Origin: Acidobacteriota bacterium
GTDB taxonomy: Bacteria; Acidobacteriota; UBA6911; JACQSX01
Assembly: GCA_036507075.1 (NCBI GenBank)
Contig: DASXQR010000083.1
Location: forward strand, 96,001-160,000
Reading direction: 5' to 3'
DNA: 64,000 nucleotides
Shown: one piece after another, positions 19,724 to 29,978 of the stretch
Layout of the letters: the number at the start of each line of letters is the position of its first letter
Numbering within the stretch: position 1 is the first letter of the stretch
Notes under the pieces: model-generated
Seen by the model: the letters and a program-made list of their open reading frames with translations, nothing else
What the model was told of the DNA's origin: nothing
Database searches by the model: none
Position numbers and translations under genes: made by a program

Positions 19724-20592
19724 TGATTTATTTCGGCACTGCAGGATGGGTTTACCGCGACTGGGAAGGCAAATTCTATCCTCAAAAAAAGCCCCGGGGA
19801 TTCGATCCTCTGCTTTATCTCTCAAAATACTTTGACACGGTGGAGATCAACAGTTCGTTTTATTATCCGCCCCAGCCCGAAGCAGTGGCAAAGTGGGTTC
19901 AGCGCGTGCAGGAGAACAAGAAATTTCGATTCACCGCAAAATTGTGGAAGAAATTTACGCACGAAAGAAGCTTCACCGAGGCCGACCTGGACGAATTCAA
20001 GCGGGCGATCGATCCGTTGCTCTCCGCCGGGAAGCTGGGAGCCATGCTGCTGCAGTTCCCCTGGTCCTTTAAGAACGAGGATCAGAGCCGGGACTACCTT
20101 GTGCGGCTCATCGAAAACTTTCCTGATTATCCGCTGGTACTGGAAGTGCGTCACGAATCCTGGAATCTGGAGGCCACCTTCGACCTGCTGCGGCAAATGG
20201 GCGTCGGTTTCTGCAACATTGACCAGCCTCGCATCGGCAGATCTCTGCGCCCTACGGCTGCCGTAACCTCGGGGATCGGGTACTACCGGCTGCACGGGCG
20301 AAATTACAAGGACTGGTTTCGAAGCGACGCAGACGTGAACGAACGGTACGACTATCTTTATTCCAGCGAGGAATTGCAGGAGGCCGAGGAATTGACCGCC
20401 GCGATCTCCGAGCGCGCCAGAGACACCTATGTCATTTTAAACAACCATCGCAATGCGCAGGCGCCTGGCAATGCGCTCGAGTTAAAGAGTCGTGTTGCGG
20501 GTCGAAAAGTGATCGGGCCGGAGACGCTGCTCCAGACGTTCCCCAACCTGAAAGATTTTGCCGAGCCGGAGCAGGCGGGATTGTTTGGCTGA
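19723..20592 (+). CDS. DUF72 family protein
   Basis: GTAGW.Y..W, VEINSSFY, LLQFP.SF, EVRH.SW, YYRLHGR. Confidence 0.92.
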   Translation: MIYFGTAGWVYRDWEGKFYPQKKPRGFDPLLYLSKYFDTVEINSSFYYPPQPEAVAKWVQRVQENKKFRFTAKLWKKFTHERSFTEADLDEFKRAIDPLLSAGKLGAMLLQFPWSFKNEDQSRDYLVRLIENFPDYPLVLEVRHESWNLEATFDLLRQMGVGFCNIDQPRIGRSLRPTAAVTSGIGYYRLHGRNYKDWFRSDADVNERYDYLYSSEELQEAEELTAAISERARDTYVILNNHRNAQAPGNALELKSRVAGRKVIGPETLLQTFPNLKDFAEPEQAGLFG

Positions 20593-20653
20593 TGCTTAGG
20601 GCTAAAAGACTGCTTCCCTTTGTGCCTTGGTGCCTTTGTGGTAAAAAGCTCTT

Positions 20654-21439
20654 ATGGCGCACCTGGTCACTTTAATCACCGATTTTGGTCTGCGTGAATA
20701 CTTTGTGGGCGCCATCAAAGGCGCCATGCTGTCGATCAACCCGGACCTGAGCATCGTTGACATCTCTCATCAGATCAATTCGCACGACATCCTGGAAGCC
20801 GCTTTTACGATTCGCTGCGCTTATTCCGCTTTTCCACCGCGTACCATTCACTTAGTGATCGTGGATCCAGGAGTCGGATCTCGGCGCAGGGCACTGATTG
20901 TGGCAACGGAAAACTACTACTTCATCGGGCCGGATAACGGGATTTTCTCGTTGATATACGAGGCTGAACCGGTTCAGCGCGTCGTCTCCATTACCTCTGA
21001 GCATTATTTTCGAAGACCGGTGAGCCGTACATTTCACGGCCGGGACGTTTTCGGCCCGGTAGCGGCCTGGATGGCGCGAGGAATTGAAATCGGAAAGTTT
21101 GGCGAAGAGATTTCCGACTACACAAAACTGACCCCGCCTAAACCGAAAAAAGGCGCCGATGGCAAAGTGCAGGGAATAATTCTGCACATCGACAAGTTCG
21201 GCAACCTGATTACCAATATCGACCAGACCGCGCTGGGGAAGTTGGGAACGCCTGCAAAGTTCACCGTCGCCGGAAAGGAAGTCGCTTCAATTGTCGGCAG
21301 CTACGCAGAGGGTCAACCGGGAGAACCCTTTGCGCTGGTGGGCAGCGCCGGCTTTTATGAGATTTCCATGCAGAAGAGTTCTGCCGCCAAAGCCCTCCAG
21401 GCCCAGCGGGGGGCGGAAGTCGTTGTCCAGTTGAGTTAG
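20654..21439 (+). CDS. DUF62 SAM hydrolase / SAM-dependent halogenase family protein
   Basis: TDFG, VDPGVGS.R, GPDNG, TFHGRDVF, IDKFGN. Confidence 0.92.
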   Translation: MAHLVTLITDFGLREYFVGAIKGAMLSINPDLSIVDISHQINSHDILEAAFTIRCAYSAFPPRTIHLVIVDPGVGSRRRALIVATENYYFIGPDNGIFSLIYEAEPVQRVVSITSEHYFRRPVSRTFHGRDVFGPVAAWMARGIEIGKFGEEISDYTKLTPPKPKKGADGKVQGIILHIDKFGNLITNIDQTALGKLGTPAKFTVAGKEVASIVGSYAEGQPGEPFALVGSAGFYEISMQKSSAAKALQAQRGAEVVVQLS

Positions 21440-21642
21440 AACTTCTGGCACCCATCAGTGGATTCCGTGAGCGTGGAGGTGGCCGTTAACGTCTATCGTT
21501 GACGTGCACGTGCTCGTGGCCGTCCTCGGCTTTTTCTTTGGTTGCAGCCTACGGCTGGGTTGTGGCTCAGCGGGGAACGCAAGGTGGCCGTCTTCACACC
21601 CCAGGCTTCATTCTTCACCCGGGGCTGTCTTATACTGGTCTC

Positions 21643-22800
21643 ATGAATCCCGTTTACCTGGACAATTCTGCCTCCACGCCGGTTGATCCGCAGGTGGTGG
21701 AAGCCATGCTGCCGTATTTCACAGAGATTTACGGCAACGCTTCTTCCATTCACACCTACGGTCAGCGGGCTCGGGCGGCAGCCGAGGAGGCGCGCGGGCA
21801 AATCGCCCGCCTGGTGGGCGCCGGCGCAAAGGAAGTAGTGTTTACCAGCGGTGGAACCGAGTCGGACAATACAGCGCTTCGCGGCGTTGCTTACCAGCAG
21901 CGCGACCGGGGTAATCACATCATCACCTCACAGATTGAGCACCCCGCTGTGCTCAGCACATGCAAGGCGCTGGAGTTGGAAGGCTTCGAGGTGACTTATC
22001 TACCCGTCGAGCCATCGGGACTTTTGGATCTGGATCGGCTGCGGGCTGCCATCACTCCCCGAACAACGCTGATTTCGATCATGCACGTCAACAATGAAAT
22101 CGGCACCATCCAGCCGCTGGCAGAAATCTGCGATCTGGCCCATGGCCAGAAGATTCTGGTGCATTCCGACTGCGTTCAATCGCTGGGGAAGATTCCCATT
22201 GACCTGGGCAGCCTTCCTCTGGACCTGGCTTCATTTTCCGGGCACAAGCTCCATGGTCCCAAAGGAATCGGGGCTCTGTTTGTGCGTAAGAACGTGCGAT
22301 TAAGGCCCTTCATGCTCGGAGGCAGTCATGAGCGAAAGCGGCGCGCTGGGACCGAGAACGTGCCTGGGATCGTCGGTTTCGGAAAGGCGGCGGAGCTTGC
22401 CGGCCGTCACCTGGACGAAATGGCAACTCGCGTAAGAGGGATGCGCGACCGGCTGGAAACCGCGCTGCTGCAGATAAGCGGGACGATCCGGAACGGCGAC
22501 GAGAAGCAGCGGGTTCCAAACATCTCCAACTTAAGTTTTGAGCACACCGAAGGGGAAGGCCTCCTGATCTCGCTCGACCTGGAAGGAATTGCCGTATCAA
22601 CTGGCGCTGCCTGCTCTTCGGGATCGCTCGAACCCTCGCATGTCCTTGTAGCCCTCGGACGCGACAAGCGCGATGTTCACGGCTCGCTGCGCTTCAGCTT
22701 CAGCCGGATGAATACCGAAAATGATCTGCAGCGCGTGCTCGAGGTTCTTCCGACCATCGTGCAAAGGATGCGCTCGATGAGCCCCTCCTTTTCCGCATAA
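21643..22800 (+). CDS. iscS: Cysteine desulfurase, IscS/NifS type
   Basis: YLDNSAST, FTSGGTESDN, SGHKLHGPKG, STGAACSSG. Confidence 0.92.
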   Translation: MNPVYLDNSASTPVDPQVVEAMLPYFTEIYGNASSIHTYGQRARAAAEEARGQIARLVGAGAKEVVFTSGGTESDNTALRGVAYQQRDRGNHIITSQIEHPAVLSTCKALELEGFEVTYLPVEPSGLLDLDRLRAAITPRTTLISIMHVNNEIGTIQPLAEICDLAHGQKILVHSDCVQSLGKIPIDLGSLPLDLASFSGHKLHGPKGIGALFVRKNVRLRPFMLGGSHERKRRAGTENVPGIVGFGKAAELAGRHLDEMATRVRGMRDRLETALLQISGTIRNGDEKQRVPNISNLSFEHTEGEGLLISLDLEGIAVSTGAACSSGSLEPSHVLVALGRDKRDVHGSLRFSFSRMNTENDLQRVLEVLPTIVQRMRSMSPSFSA

Positions 22801-23180
22801 TGGAAAATTCCGCTTACTCTCCCGGGTTGCTGGAACACTACCGCGCGCCGCGCAATGTAGGTGTGCTGCCGGATGCCGACGGAACAGCGACTCGGCAAAA
22901 TCAAGTCTGCGGGGATGTCCTTCAGTTCTTCGTCCGGCTGTCGGGCGAGACGGTTGACGAAGTGCGCTTCAAGGCGGAAGGATGCATTCCAACCGTTGCT
23001 CTGGCTTCCTACACCACTGAATGGCTGCGGGGAAAAAAGAAAGGCGAGATCGAACGACTCGATCTCGCCCACTTTGAGGACGCGCTGGGAAGCCTGCCGC
23101 CGCACAAAATTCATGCCGCGGCGCTGGTTGTGGAAACTCTCCGCGCCGCGCTGTGCGACTGCGGAAGAAATCCCCACTAG
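22800..23180 (+). CDS. IscU/NifU-like scaffold protein
   Basis: EHY..PRNVG, VCGD, EGC; TAATG coupling to iscS. Confidence 0.82.
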   Translation: MENSAYSPGLLEHYRAPRNVGVLPDADGTATRQNQVCGDVLQFFVRLSGETVDEVRFKAEGCIPTVALASYTTEWLRGKKKGEIERLDLAHFEDALGSLPPHKIHAAALVVETLRAALCDCGRNPH

Positions 23181-23208
23181 AGTTTTTCGCAGCCGGGCAC
23201 CAGCGCTC

Positions 23209-23661
23209 TTAGCTCACCGAAACCGGAATCTGGCGCGGTTTTGCCTTCTCCGATTTCGGCAGAATCACCGACAAAACGCCGTTTTTGAGGGTGGCCTTGA
23301 TCTTGTCGGCTTCAACTGTCGGCGGAAGAGTAAACACCCTTTGGAACCGGCCATAAGCCCGCTCCACTCGATGATACTCGTCCCGGTCGGCCTTCTGTTC
23401 GAATTTGCGCTCGCCGCTGATCGTCAGATTGCCCCCCTCGACGCGAATGTCAATCTGGTCTTTCTCAAAACCGGGAACCTCAGCGATGAACTCAATCGCC
23501 TCGGGCGTTTCTCGGACATCAACGGGCGGCACAAATGCCATTGGGCTTTCCGTCGTATCGTCCTGCCAGTTGCGATTGAAAGCCTGATCAAACCAGCGGT
23601 TTACCGATCCCAGGGTGAACAGGTCGCCATAAGGTGAAAAGTTAAATCTAGTCAGTTGCAT
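23209..23661 (-). CDS. Hsp20/alpha-crystallin small heat-shock protein
   Basis: PPVDVRE, ERAYGRFQR.F.LP, NGVL...PK; AGGAGG RBS. Confidence 0.93.
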   Translation of the reverse strand: MQLTRFNFSPYGDLFTLGSVNRWFDQAFNRNWQDDTTESPMAFVPPVDVRETPEAIEFIAEVPGFEKDQIDIRVEGGNLTISGERKFEQKADRDEYHRVERAYGRFQRVFTLPPTVEADKIKATLKNGVLSVILPKSEKAKPRQIPVSVS

Positions 23662-23704
23662 AATTTTCCTCCTTTCCCGAAATATTTTCTTCTCGTACAC
23701 CCAA

Positions 23705-23733
23705 TTTCTAAGATCGGCGAGAGCTGCTGTCAA
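23705..23733 (-). promoter_or_regulatory. Possible sigma70 promoter of hsp20
   Basis: TTGACA-17 bp-TAGAAA on the minus strand. Confidence 0.35.
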
Positions 23734-23734
23734 A

Positions 23735-23843
23735 CCCTGGCCCCATTCAAAAAAACCTAAAGCGCTAAGAACGCAAAGAACGCCAAGGCTATTCTTAGCG
23801 CTCTTTGCGTTCTTGGCGGTTAGGTCTTTGAATGAGGCCAGGG
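23735..23843. repeat. Palindromic element with GCCAAGAAC-type internal repeats
   Basis: CCCTGGCCCCATTCAAA ... TTTGAATGAGGCCAGGG; inner part shared with the long MITE-like elements. Confidence 0.7.
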
Positions 23844-24161
23844 GGCTGAAAAAGGAAGGGTGCCGGTAGAGGGTCCGATTACAAAAATCCAGAACCTTTC
23901 CCGACACCCTTAGGAGGTGAATGGGTTATTCAATGTATTAGACGAAGAAACTCCCCTTCTGGTTCCACCCTTTTGAAAATTTATCTTTCCTTGAACTTTT
24001 TTTCGTGGAAAACGGCATTGGCCAGTTATGTGCTTGTATAGCCTGACGTCACAACAAACTAGGAAATGGTACGGGTTCCCGAAAGCTTGCCGGGTTTCGG
24101 GAAATCGTTGAGGTTAGGGCTTTTAAGCAGCGAAAACAACAGCAGAAAGAGGGGAAACCAC

Positions 24162-24407
24162 ATGTCAGAACGCTATGTCCTGTTGGCGCGAGTTGGGAAG
24201 AAATTGCAGCTGTTTTCTTTGATTACCAATGAGAAACCGACCTCCATCGTGCGCATCGGATACCGGATGCTCAAGGCCAAATGCGGGGAAATGCCCGTTA
24301 AGATCCTGATGGTTCTGGATCTGCCAACCTGGGTTTCCGATGTCTGTCACGCGGGACCGTCCGAAGCCAAAACGGCAGGCGCAAGCTTACTGACAGCTAA
24401 CCTGTAA
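24162..24407 (+). CDS. Small hypothetical protein (81 aa)
   Basis: GAGGGG RBS before ATG; converges on fabI; no recognised motif. Confidence 0.4.
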   Translation: MSERYVLLARVGKKLQLFSLITNEKPTSIVRIGYRMLKAKCGEMPVKILMVLDLPTWVSDVCHAGPSEAKTAGASLLTANL

Positions 24408-25173
24408 TCCCGAGGATGTTGAATCCGCCATCGACGTAAATCACTTCGCCCGTGATTCCGCGCGACAAGTGGCTGCAGAGGAAAAGGGCTGTATCGGCTA
24501 CTTCACTCACATCAGTGTTTTTGCGCAGCGGCGCATGCTCGCGATGGTATTGAAGAATAGTGGTGAAACCGGACACTCCTCTGGCCGCCAGGGTGGAGAT
24601 GGGGCCCGCCGAAATTGCGTTCACTCGAATCCCGCGCGGGCCGAGATCGTGTGAAAGATATCGCACGCTGGACTCAAGCGCCGCCTTGGCAACACCCATG
24701 ACGTTGTAATGGGGCACCACCCTTTCGCCTCCCAGATAGGTGAGCGTTACAATGCTTCCGCCTGCACTCATCAGCGGCGCGGCGCGGCGCGCAAGCGCCG
24801 TAAGAGAGTAGGCGCTGATTTCGTGCGCCAGCCTGAAACCATTCCTTGAAGTGTTGAGGAATTCGCCTTCCAGGTCCTCCCGCAACGCATACGCCACTGC
24901 ATGCACCAGAAAATCGATTTTTCCGAAGCTCTTCTCCAGCAGGCCGAAAGACTGATCAATCTGTTCGTCCGCGGTCACATCGCAGGGGAACAGGATCGGA
25001 TCCTGCAGTTCGGCGGCAAGCTCGCGCACATTTCCTTCCAGCCTCTCACCCTGATAATTGAGCGCCAGCCGTGCTCCCGCGCCCGCCAGGGCTTTGGCAA
25101 TTCCCCACGCGATGCTGCGCTTGTTGGCCACGCCAAAAACGACGCCATGTTTTTCCCTTAACAAGTCATGCAT
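24397..25173 (-). CDS. fabI: Enoyl-ACP reductase FabI
   Basis: GVANKRSIAWGIA, YNVMGVAKAALE, ISAGPI.TLA. Confidence 0.95.
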   Translation of the reverse strand: MHDLLREKHGVVFGVANKRSIAWGIAKALAGAGARLALNYQGERLEGNVRELAAELQDPILFPCDVTADEQIDQSFGLLEKSFGKIDFLVHAVAYALREDLEGEFLNTSRNGFRLAHEISAYSLTALARRAAPLMSAGGSIVTLTYLGGERVVPHYNVMGVAKAALESSVRYLSHDLGPRGIRVNAISAGPISTLAARGVSGFTTILQYHREHAPLRKNTDVSEVADTALFLCSHLSRGITGEVIYVDGGFNILGITG

Positions 25174-25188
25174 TCAGAGTGCTCCGGC

Positions 25189-27108
25189 CTATTCTTCTTC
25201 AGAAATGCTTCCCGGTTCGAGCGTCGAAGTGTCACCGTATGACTCGCCGCGCTCGCGCGCTTTCAGAAGACGACGCATGATCTTGCCGCTGCGAGTCTTG
25301 GGAAGCCGGTCCAGAAAATCGATCTCTTCGGGGCGCGCGATCTTCCCGATCTGCTCTGCCACATGCTCTTTTAACTGCTCGACCAGGGCAGCGCTCTTTT
25401 CAAAGCCCGGCCGCAGAGTCACGAATGCTTTGGGAACTTCTCCCTTGACATCATGCGGTTTTCCGATCACGGCAGCTTCAGCAACCGAGGGATGATGCAC
25501 CAGCGCGCTCTCGATTTCCATCGTTCCCAGTCGATGGCCGGCAACGTTAAGCACGTCATCCATTCTGCCCATCACCCGAATATAGCCGTCCGAGTCGCGC
25601 ACGGCGGCATCGCCCGTCGTATAGACCCCGGGCACGATGCTCCAGTACTGCTGCTTGTAGCGCTCCGGATCCTTGTAGATGGAAGCCAGCATCGCGGGCC
25701 ACGGCTTTCGGATCACCAGGTAGCCGCCCACGTTGGCCGGCTGTGAGTTTCCGTCCCGGTCAACGACATCGGCAACAATTCCGGGAAACGGTTTGGCAGC
25801 TGATCCGGGCTTGAGCGGATAGCTGGGGAGCGGGGAAATCATGATCTGCCCGGTTTCAGTCTGCCACCAGGTGTCCACTATGGGACAGCGTTCTCGTCCG
25901 ATATTTTTGTAATACCAGATCCAGGCTTCAGGATTGATCGGCTCTCCCACGGTTCCCAGCAGCCGCAATGAAGAAAGGTCGTGTTTCCTGGGCCATTCCT
26001 CGCCGTACTTCATGAACAAGCGGATTGCCGTGGGCGTGCCATAGAGGACGTTGATCCGGTGGCGCTCAACGATCGACCACCAACGGTCGGGTTGCGGGTA
26101 GTCGGGAGCGCCTTCACAGATAAACTGTGTCGCGCCGTTCAGCAGCGGCCCGTACACAATGTAACTGTGACCCGTCACCCAGCCTGGATCGGCGGGGCAC
26201 CAGTAGAGATCGGTCTCCTTTAGATCGAAAATCCACTTGGTGGTGATGTAAGTTCCCACCATATAGCCGCCATGACGGTGCAGGATTCCTTTCGGCTTGC
26301 CGGTCGAACCGGACGTGTAGAGGATGTAAAGCAGGTCGTTGGAATCCATATGTTCGGTTGAACACTCTATGGATTGATCGCGCAGCGCGTCCTCCCAATT
26401 AATGTCTTTGGGTCCCGCCGGGACTCCCTTGCCTGTGCGGCGAACTACGATTACATGTTCGATCGTGGGACAGAGATTGACGGCCTTGTCGGCATTCTCT
26501 TTTAGAGGAACGATCCCGCTGCGGTAATACGCTCCATCGGCAGTGATCAGGACCTTGGCCTCTGCGTCATCAATTCGATCCCGCAGCGCTTCAGCGCTGA
26601 ATCCGCCGAATACGACGTTGTGCACGGCCCCGATTTTGGCGCAGGCAAGCATCGAGATCGCGATTTCGGGAATAACCGGCAGATAGATGGTCACACGGTC
26701 GCCGCGCTTGACGCCCATTCCTTTCAAGGCGTTGGCCAGGCGATTCACCTCGCAATAGAGCTGGTGATAGGTGATGGTGCGCCGGTCCCCGTTCTCTCCT
26801 TCCCACAAGAAAGCCACCTTGTGCCTGCGCCATGTGTTGATGTGACGATCCAGGGCATTGTGGACAATGTTGCAGCTTGCTCCAACGAACCATTTCGAGA
26901 ACGGATAATCCCATTCCAGCACCCTGTTCCAGGGTTTGTACCATTCGAGATCGTGAGCCACTTTCTCCCAGAACTTTTCGATGTCTTTGACCGATTCGTC
27001 GTAGAGCCGCTGGTAATCAGGGACCCAGGCGTTACGGACGAATTCCGCGGGCGGTTTGTATATGCGGTCTTCATGAAGCACAGACTCCAGAGTGAGCTTT
27101 TCACTCAT
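25189..27108 (-). CDS. acs: Acetyl-CoA synthetase
   Basis: [31 protein letters not shown]. Confidence 0.95.
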   Translation of the reverse strand: MSEKLTLESVLHEDRIYKPPAEFVRNAWVPDYQRLYDESVKDIEKFWEKVAHDLEWYKPWNRVLEWDYPFSKWFVGASCNIVHNALDRHINTWRRHKVAFLWEGENGDRRTITYHQLYCEVNRLANALKGMGVKRGDRVTIYLPVIPEIAISMLACAKIGAVHNVVFGGFSAEALRDRIDDAEAKVLITADGAYYRSGIVPLKENADKAVNLCPTIEHVIVVRRTGKGVPAGPKDINWEDALRDQSIECSTEHMDSNDLLYILYTSGSTGKPKGILHRHGGYMVGTYITTKWIFDLKETDLYWCPADPGWVTGHSYIVYGPLLNGATQFICEGAPDYPQPDRWWSIVERHRINVLYGTPTAIRLFMKYGEEWPRKHDLSSLRLLGTVGEPINPEAWIWYYKNIGRERCPIVDTWWQTETGQIMISPLPSYPLKPGSAAKPFPGIVADVVDRDGNSQPANVGGYLVIRKPWPAMLASIYKDPERYKQQYWSIVPGVYTTGDAAVRDSDGYIRVMGRMDDVLNVAGHRLGTMEIESALVHHPSVAEAAVIGKPHDVKGEVPKAFVTLRPGFEKSAALVEQLKEHVAEQIGKIARPEEIDFLDRLPKTRSGKIMRRLLKARERGESYGDTSTLEPGSISEEE

Positions 27109-27159
27109 AGCAAACTCCTACGATTCTCCTGCTGTTCTCAAAAATCGACAATCGAAGCT

Positions 27160-27232
27160 ACGGGTTTACGGGTTCCGGGTTGCGGGTTTGGAAATTCGAA
27201 ATTCAGTTCTCGGAACCCGAAACTCGCAACCT
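27160..27232. repeat. Small converging CGGGTT / AACCCG array
   Basis: Same unit family as 6451-6788. Confidence 0.6.
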
Positions 27233-27263
27233 TGATCGCCAATCTATAGTAAAAAAGGGGTGA

Positions 27264-27336
27264 AGCCACTGATAGGACTTGAACCTACAACCTCGGCTTT
27301 ACGAAAGCCTTGCTCTACCGATTGAGCTACAGTGGC
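27264..27336 (-). tRNA. tRNA-Thr(CGT)
   Basis: Cloverleaf: GCCACTG acceptor stem, GCTCAATCGGTAGAGC D-arm, TT-CGT-AA anticodon loop, GTAGGTTCAAGTCCTAT T-arm; CCA not encoded. Confidence 0.93.
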
Positions 27337-27440
27337 TCATTCTCGGAACCATCAAAAAAATTTATTCTATACGAACCGGCAAAATAGTGTCGAGTGACGA
27401 TTAGAGAGCCTCCGCAAAAAACGCGACTCTCCCGCCGGGC

Positions 27441-28670
27441 CTAGGGACGTCTGCGGGTCCTGGGTGACGCCGCCTTCACAGCCACAGTCCAGCTGCGCTG
27501 ATCCAATAGTTGGTGCTGAGGGTCCGATTGCACCAGAAAAGTAGGGTCGAAGACTTCTACGGTGACGTTGTGAATTCCTTCGGTCAGCGTTTGAGTGTTT
27601 AGGGCGAATGACTCAACTGTCGTTTCCTGCGAGACAATTCCGTCAACACTCCAGCGAACGCGGAGACTGTGCTTCAGGGGCTTCATCGTGATGGCACTGA
27701 ACCGGAGTAATTGTCCTTTGGTCGCTGGGAGAGTTCCCGGTTCCGGTGATGCAGATTCTATGGGCCGCACGCGATTATAAATCGATAAAACAATGGCTTC
27801 CTGACAGACTTCACAGAATGGGTAATTCAGGTCACGCATGCGACAACTCAGTTTGGGCCGGTACCAGCCCGTTGAGTTGTACCGCGCGCCTTCAAAGAGT
27901 CCCACGACATCGGCGTAGTCTGTGCTCGCGGGAGTCGGGATCGGCGCTGACGACGGGATCCACGCCCGCCATTTGATGAATTCACGGCGCGTTTCCTGCG
28001 TAGTATTCGGCTCCTCCTTGACCGGATCGGGATCGCAAGGGAAAGGGTCATTGTATTCATCGCCAAGACCGGCCAGCGCATGACCAAACTCATGGAAAAC
28101 AACTTGTCCCGCCGCGCTGTTGACGGAGACAACAACACCTCGCTTATCTCCCCAACCACCGTAGACCGGATCATTTACCACTACCAGGGGAAGCGCCGAT
28201 CCCGCAATGTAATTGGCGATCAGCGTATTCACCTTTCCAAAGCCACGATCCGGGTCGGAATCGCGGTCGTTGGGCGGAATCGTGAGCCCGTGTGGCAGGC
28301 AGTAACTGTCGTAGGTGCTGTTGAAGTATGTATCTCGAAACACGTTAGCAGATGGATGATCTGACCCACTCTCCTTTGAAGCCACTGCAATAGTGAAAGC
28401 GTTGAAATATGTGGCGTAGTCCTCGAGCACCTCGGCATTCAGCATAAAACTGAGAAGCGCCTGGCTGTCCGCTGTAAACTGCGACAACTGAGATTCGGAA
28501 TAACCCTCGGACAAAAATACCAGGTTGATCCGCTTTTCGGGAGGGCCATTCAACAAAAGCGGCTGCATCGTCGGCACGGTGACCAGCTGTACGCTGGCCG
28601 TGGCCGATTGGAACAACGGGGCGGACAAGCACAAGCCACCGATCAATAAAACAACAACAAACTTCTTCAC
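27441..28670 (-). CDS. Secreted M64 family (IgA-peptidase-like) metallopeptidase
   Basis: INLVFLSEGY, HEFGHALAGLGDEY, EPN.T, FEGA, CRMR..FCEVC; signal peptide after a probable GTG start. Confidence 0.88.
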   Translation of the reverse strand: MKKFVVVLLIGGLCLSAPLFQSATASVQLVTVPTMQPLLLNGPPEKRINLVFLSEGYSESQLSQFTADSQALLSFMLNAEVLEDYATYFNAFTIAVASKESGSDHPSANVFRDTYFNSTYDSYCLPHGLTIPPNDRDSDPDRGFGKVNTLIANYIAGSALPLVVVNDPVYGGWGDKRGVVVSVNSAAGQVVFHEFGHALAGLGDEYNDPFPCDPDPVKEEPNTTQETRREFIKWRAWIPSSAPIPTPASTDYADVVGLFEGARYNSTGWYRPKLSCRMRDLNYPFCEVCQEAIVLSIYNRVRPIESASPEPGTLPATKGQLLRFSAITMKPLKHSLRVRWSVDGIVSQETTVESFALNTQTLTEGIHNVTVEVFDPTFLVQSDPQHQLLDQRSWTVAVKAASPRTRRRP

Positions 28671-28685
28671 AATGTAACCACCCAC

Positions 28686-28782
28686 AGCCCGGCGCTGCCC
28701 TGTGGTGGACATGCCTGTCGTAAGTGAGCGCAACCCAGATGTTGATATCAGGGAAAAGAAATAACCTCGAAGATTTTGTCAT
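28686..28782 (-). pseudogene. VapC/PIN toxin, 5' fragment
   Basis: FPDINIWVALTYDRHVHH is a PIN N-terminal motif; similarity ends after about 30 codons where the M64 gene begins. Confidence 0.6.
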
Positions 28783-28957
28783 TGTCGAGTTGGAGCGTTC
28801 CCGGCCGCTTGGACCTTATGATCGGAAGCTTGACCCTTCTCCGAGACTTGCGCGGGCTCCCTTTCAGGACCTGCTCGACACCGCGAAGAATTAATTCCCT
28901 AGCCGAACTACCTTCGCTGGCTGCCCGGCTTTTCAGGCGCCGATAAACGGGCGGTGT
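28748..28957 (-). pseudogene. VapB-like antitoxin lacking its start
   Basis: Manual translation ..VYRRLKSRAASEGSSARELILRGVEQVL..LPIIRSKRPGTLQLDNDKIFEVISFP*; overlaps the PIN start; an in-frame stop lies upstream inside the palindrome. Confidence 0.6.
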
Positions 28958-28958
28958 G

Positions 28959-29050
28959 GGGTCAGGTCTTCAGAATTCATTTTTTGGATGGATTTTAAAG
29001 CTGGAAGCCGCTTTCAGATGTGCAAAAAATGAATTCTGAAGACCTGACCC
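28959..29050. mobile_element. REPIN/MITE-like palindrome
   Basis: 28-bp perfect inverted repeat GGGTCAGGTCTTCAGAATTCATTTTTTG (28959-28986 / 29023-29050). Confidence 0.75.
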
Positions 29051-29291
29051 TTCCGTCGCCTTATTGACAGTCCGTACATAGCGGCTGCTGAGATTTTGAT
29101 GGCTGAGCATAGCCAGAACGATCAGGAGATTGAAACCAAGATCGATGAGCTTAGTAGTCAAAGTACCAGTTTCGGCGCATTGATGTTTTTGGCCGAGAGA
29201 CATCGGTGTTGCCGGTGAGAGATTGGCGGCCAAGCCGAAGAGTTTCTGTCGGCCGCATCGCGACGAGCTCTGGCACTCGTCACTCGCAAAT

Positions 29292-29317
29292 AAAAAAGGC
29301 CTCCCTTGCAGGAGGCC
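29292..29317 (-). terminator. Rho-independent terminator
   Basis: GGCCTCC-loop-GGAGGCC followed by T6 on the minus strand, just after the 29343-29912 gene. Confidence 0.75.
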
Positions 29318-29342
29318 CTTGCAAACGAATTGCTTCTGCTTG

Positions 29343-29912
29343 CTAGCGTTGTTTGTTGCGCGTCAGTAGATCGTAAACCAAGCCTGCGCCGGCGCCTGAA
29401 AGGCCTCCGACGACTGCGCCTTTCTTTCCGCCCGCGACGGCTCCGATCACCGCTCCGCCGGCAGCACTTCCACCGACGATGATGGCCGACTTTTTGAGCG
29501 ATCTCTTCTGGCGGTACGTCCGATCTTCAGCAGTGCTGGCGTACGCGCCTCTGGAAGCGGCACGATAAGGCGCCGAGCTGTAGCGCGGAGTGGTCCTGTA
29601 GACAGTTCTCTGGACAACGGGAACGTTGGCAGAACCCTGATCATAAACACGCGGCCGGACCATCGGCGTTTCAAATCCGACCGGTGCATAACCGGTTCGG
29701 TCCACGGCAACCGTGTCACCCACCAGCGATTGAGATCGATTCACAGGGACGATCAATTGTCCCTGGCTGCCATCGGCAAACCAGACCGGAATTGTCTGAT
29801 GTTCCTGGCTGACCAGCGGCGCCGCAGCACTCTGCGTGGTTGCCTTCTGGCCACAACCGACAGCGAAAATAACCAATACCAGCGTGAAGACAGCAATATG
29901 CACTTTTTTCAT
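29343..29912 (-). CDS. Lipoprotein with C-terminal glycine zipper
   Basis: Lipobox FAVGC; GGSAAGGAVIGAVAGGKKGAVVG; GGAGG RBS. Confidence 0.75.
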   Translation of the reverse strand: MKKVHIAVFTLVLVIFAVGCGQKATTQSAAAPLVSQEHQTIPVWFADGSQGQLIVPVNRSQSLVGDTVAVDRTGYAPVGFETPMVRPRVYDQGSANVPVVQRTVYRTTPRYSSAPYRAASRGAYASTAEDRTYRQKRSLKKSAIIVGGSAAGGAVIGAVAGGKKGAVVGGLSGAGAGLVYDLLTRNKQR

Positions 29913-29978
29913 AATTCAACCTCCAATCTCTCTTGAATGTGAGATGCGGCAAGATCGCGAATGTTTCATTTAGAACAC

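Noticed and set aside
20654..21439. Fluorinase or chlorinase
   Set aside because: It keeps the Asp-Arg-His residues (DPGVGS.R, TFHGRD) typical of DUF62 SAM hydrolases, and no biosynthetic cluster is nearby
28345..28782. Full-length 145-aa PIN toxin
   Set aside because: Only the first 30 or so codons look like PIN; the rest is an alternative frame of the M64 gene
27241..29050. tRNA-integrated genomic island or prophage
   Set aside because: No integrase and no duplicated tRNA 3' end seen; the accessory genes lie on the tRNA 5' side
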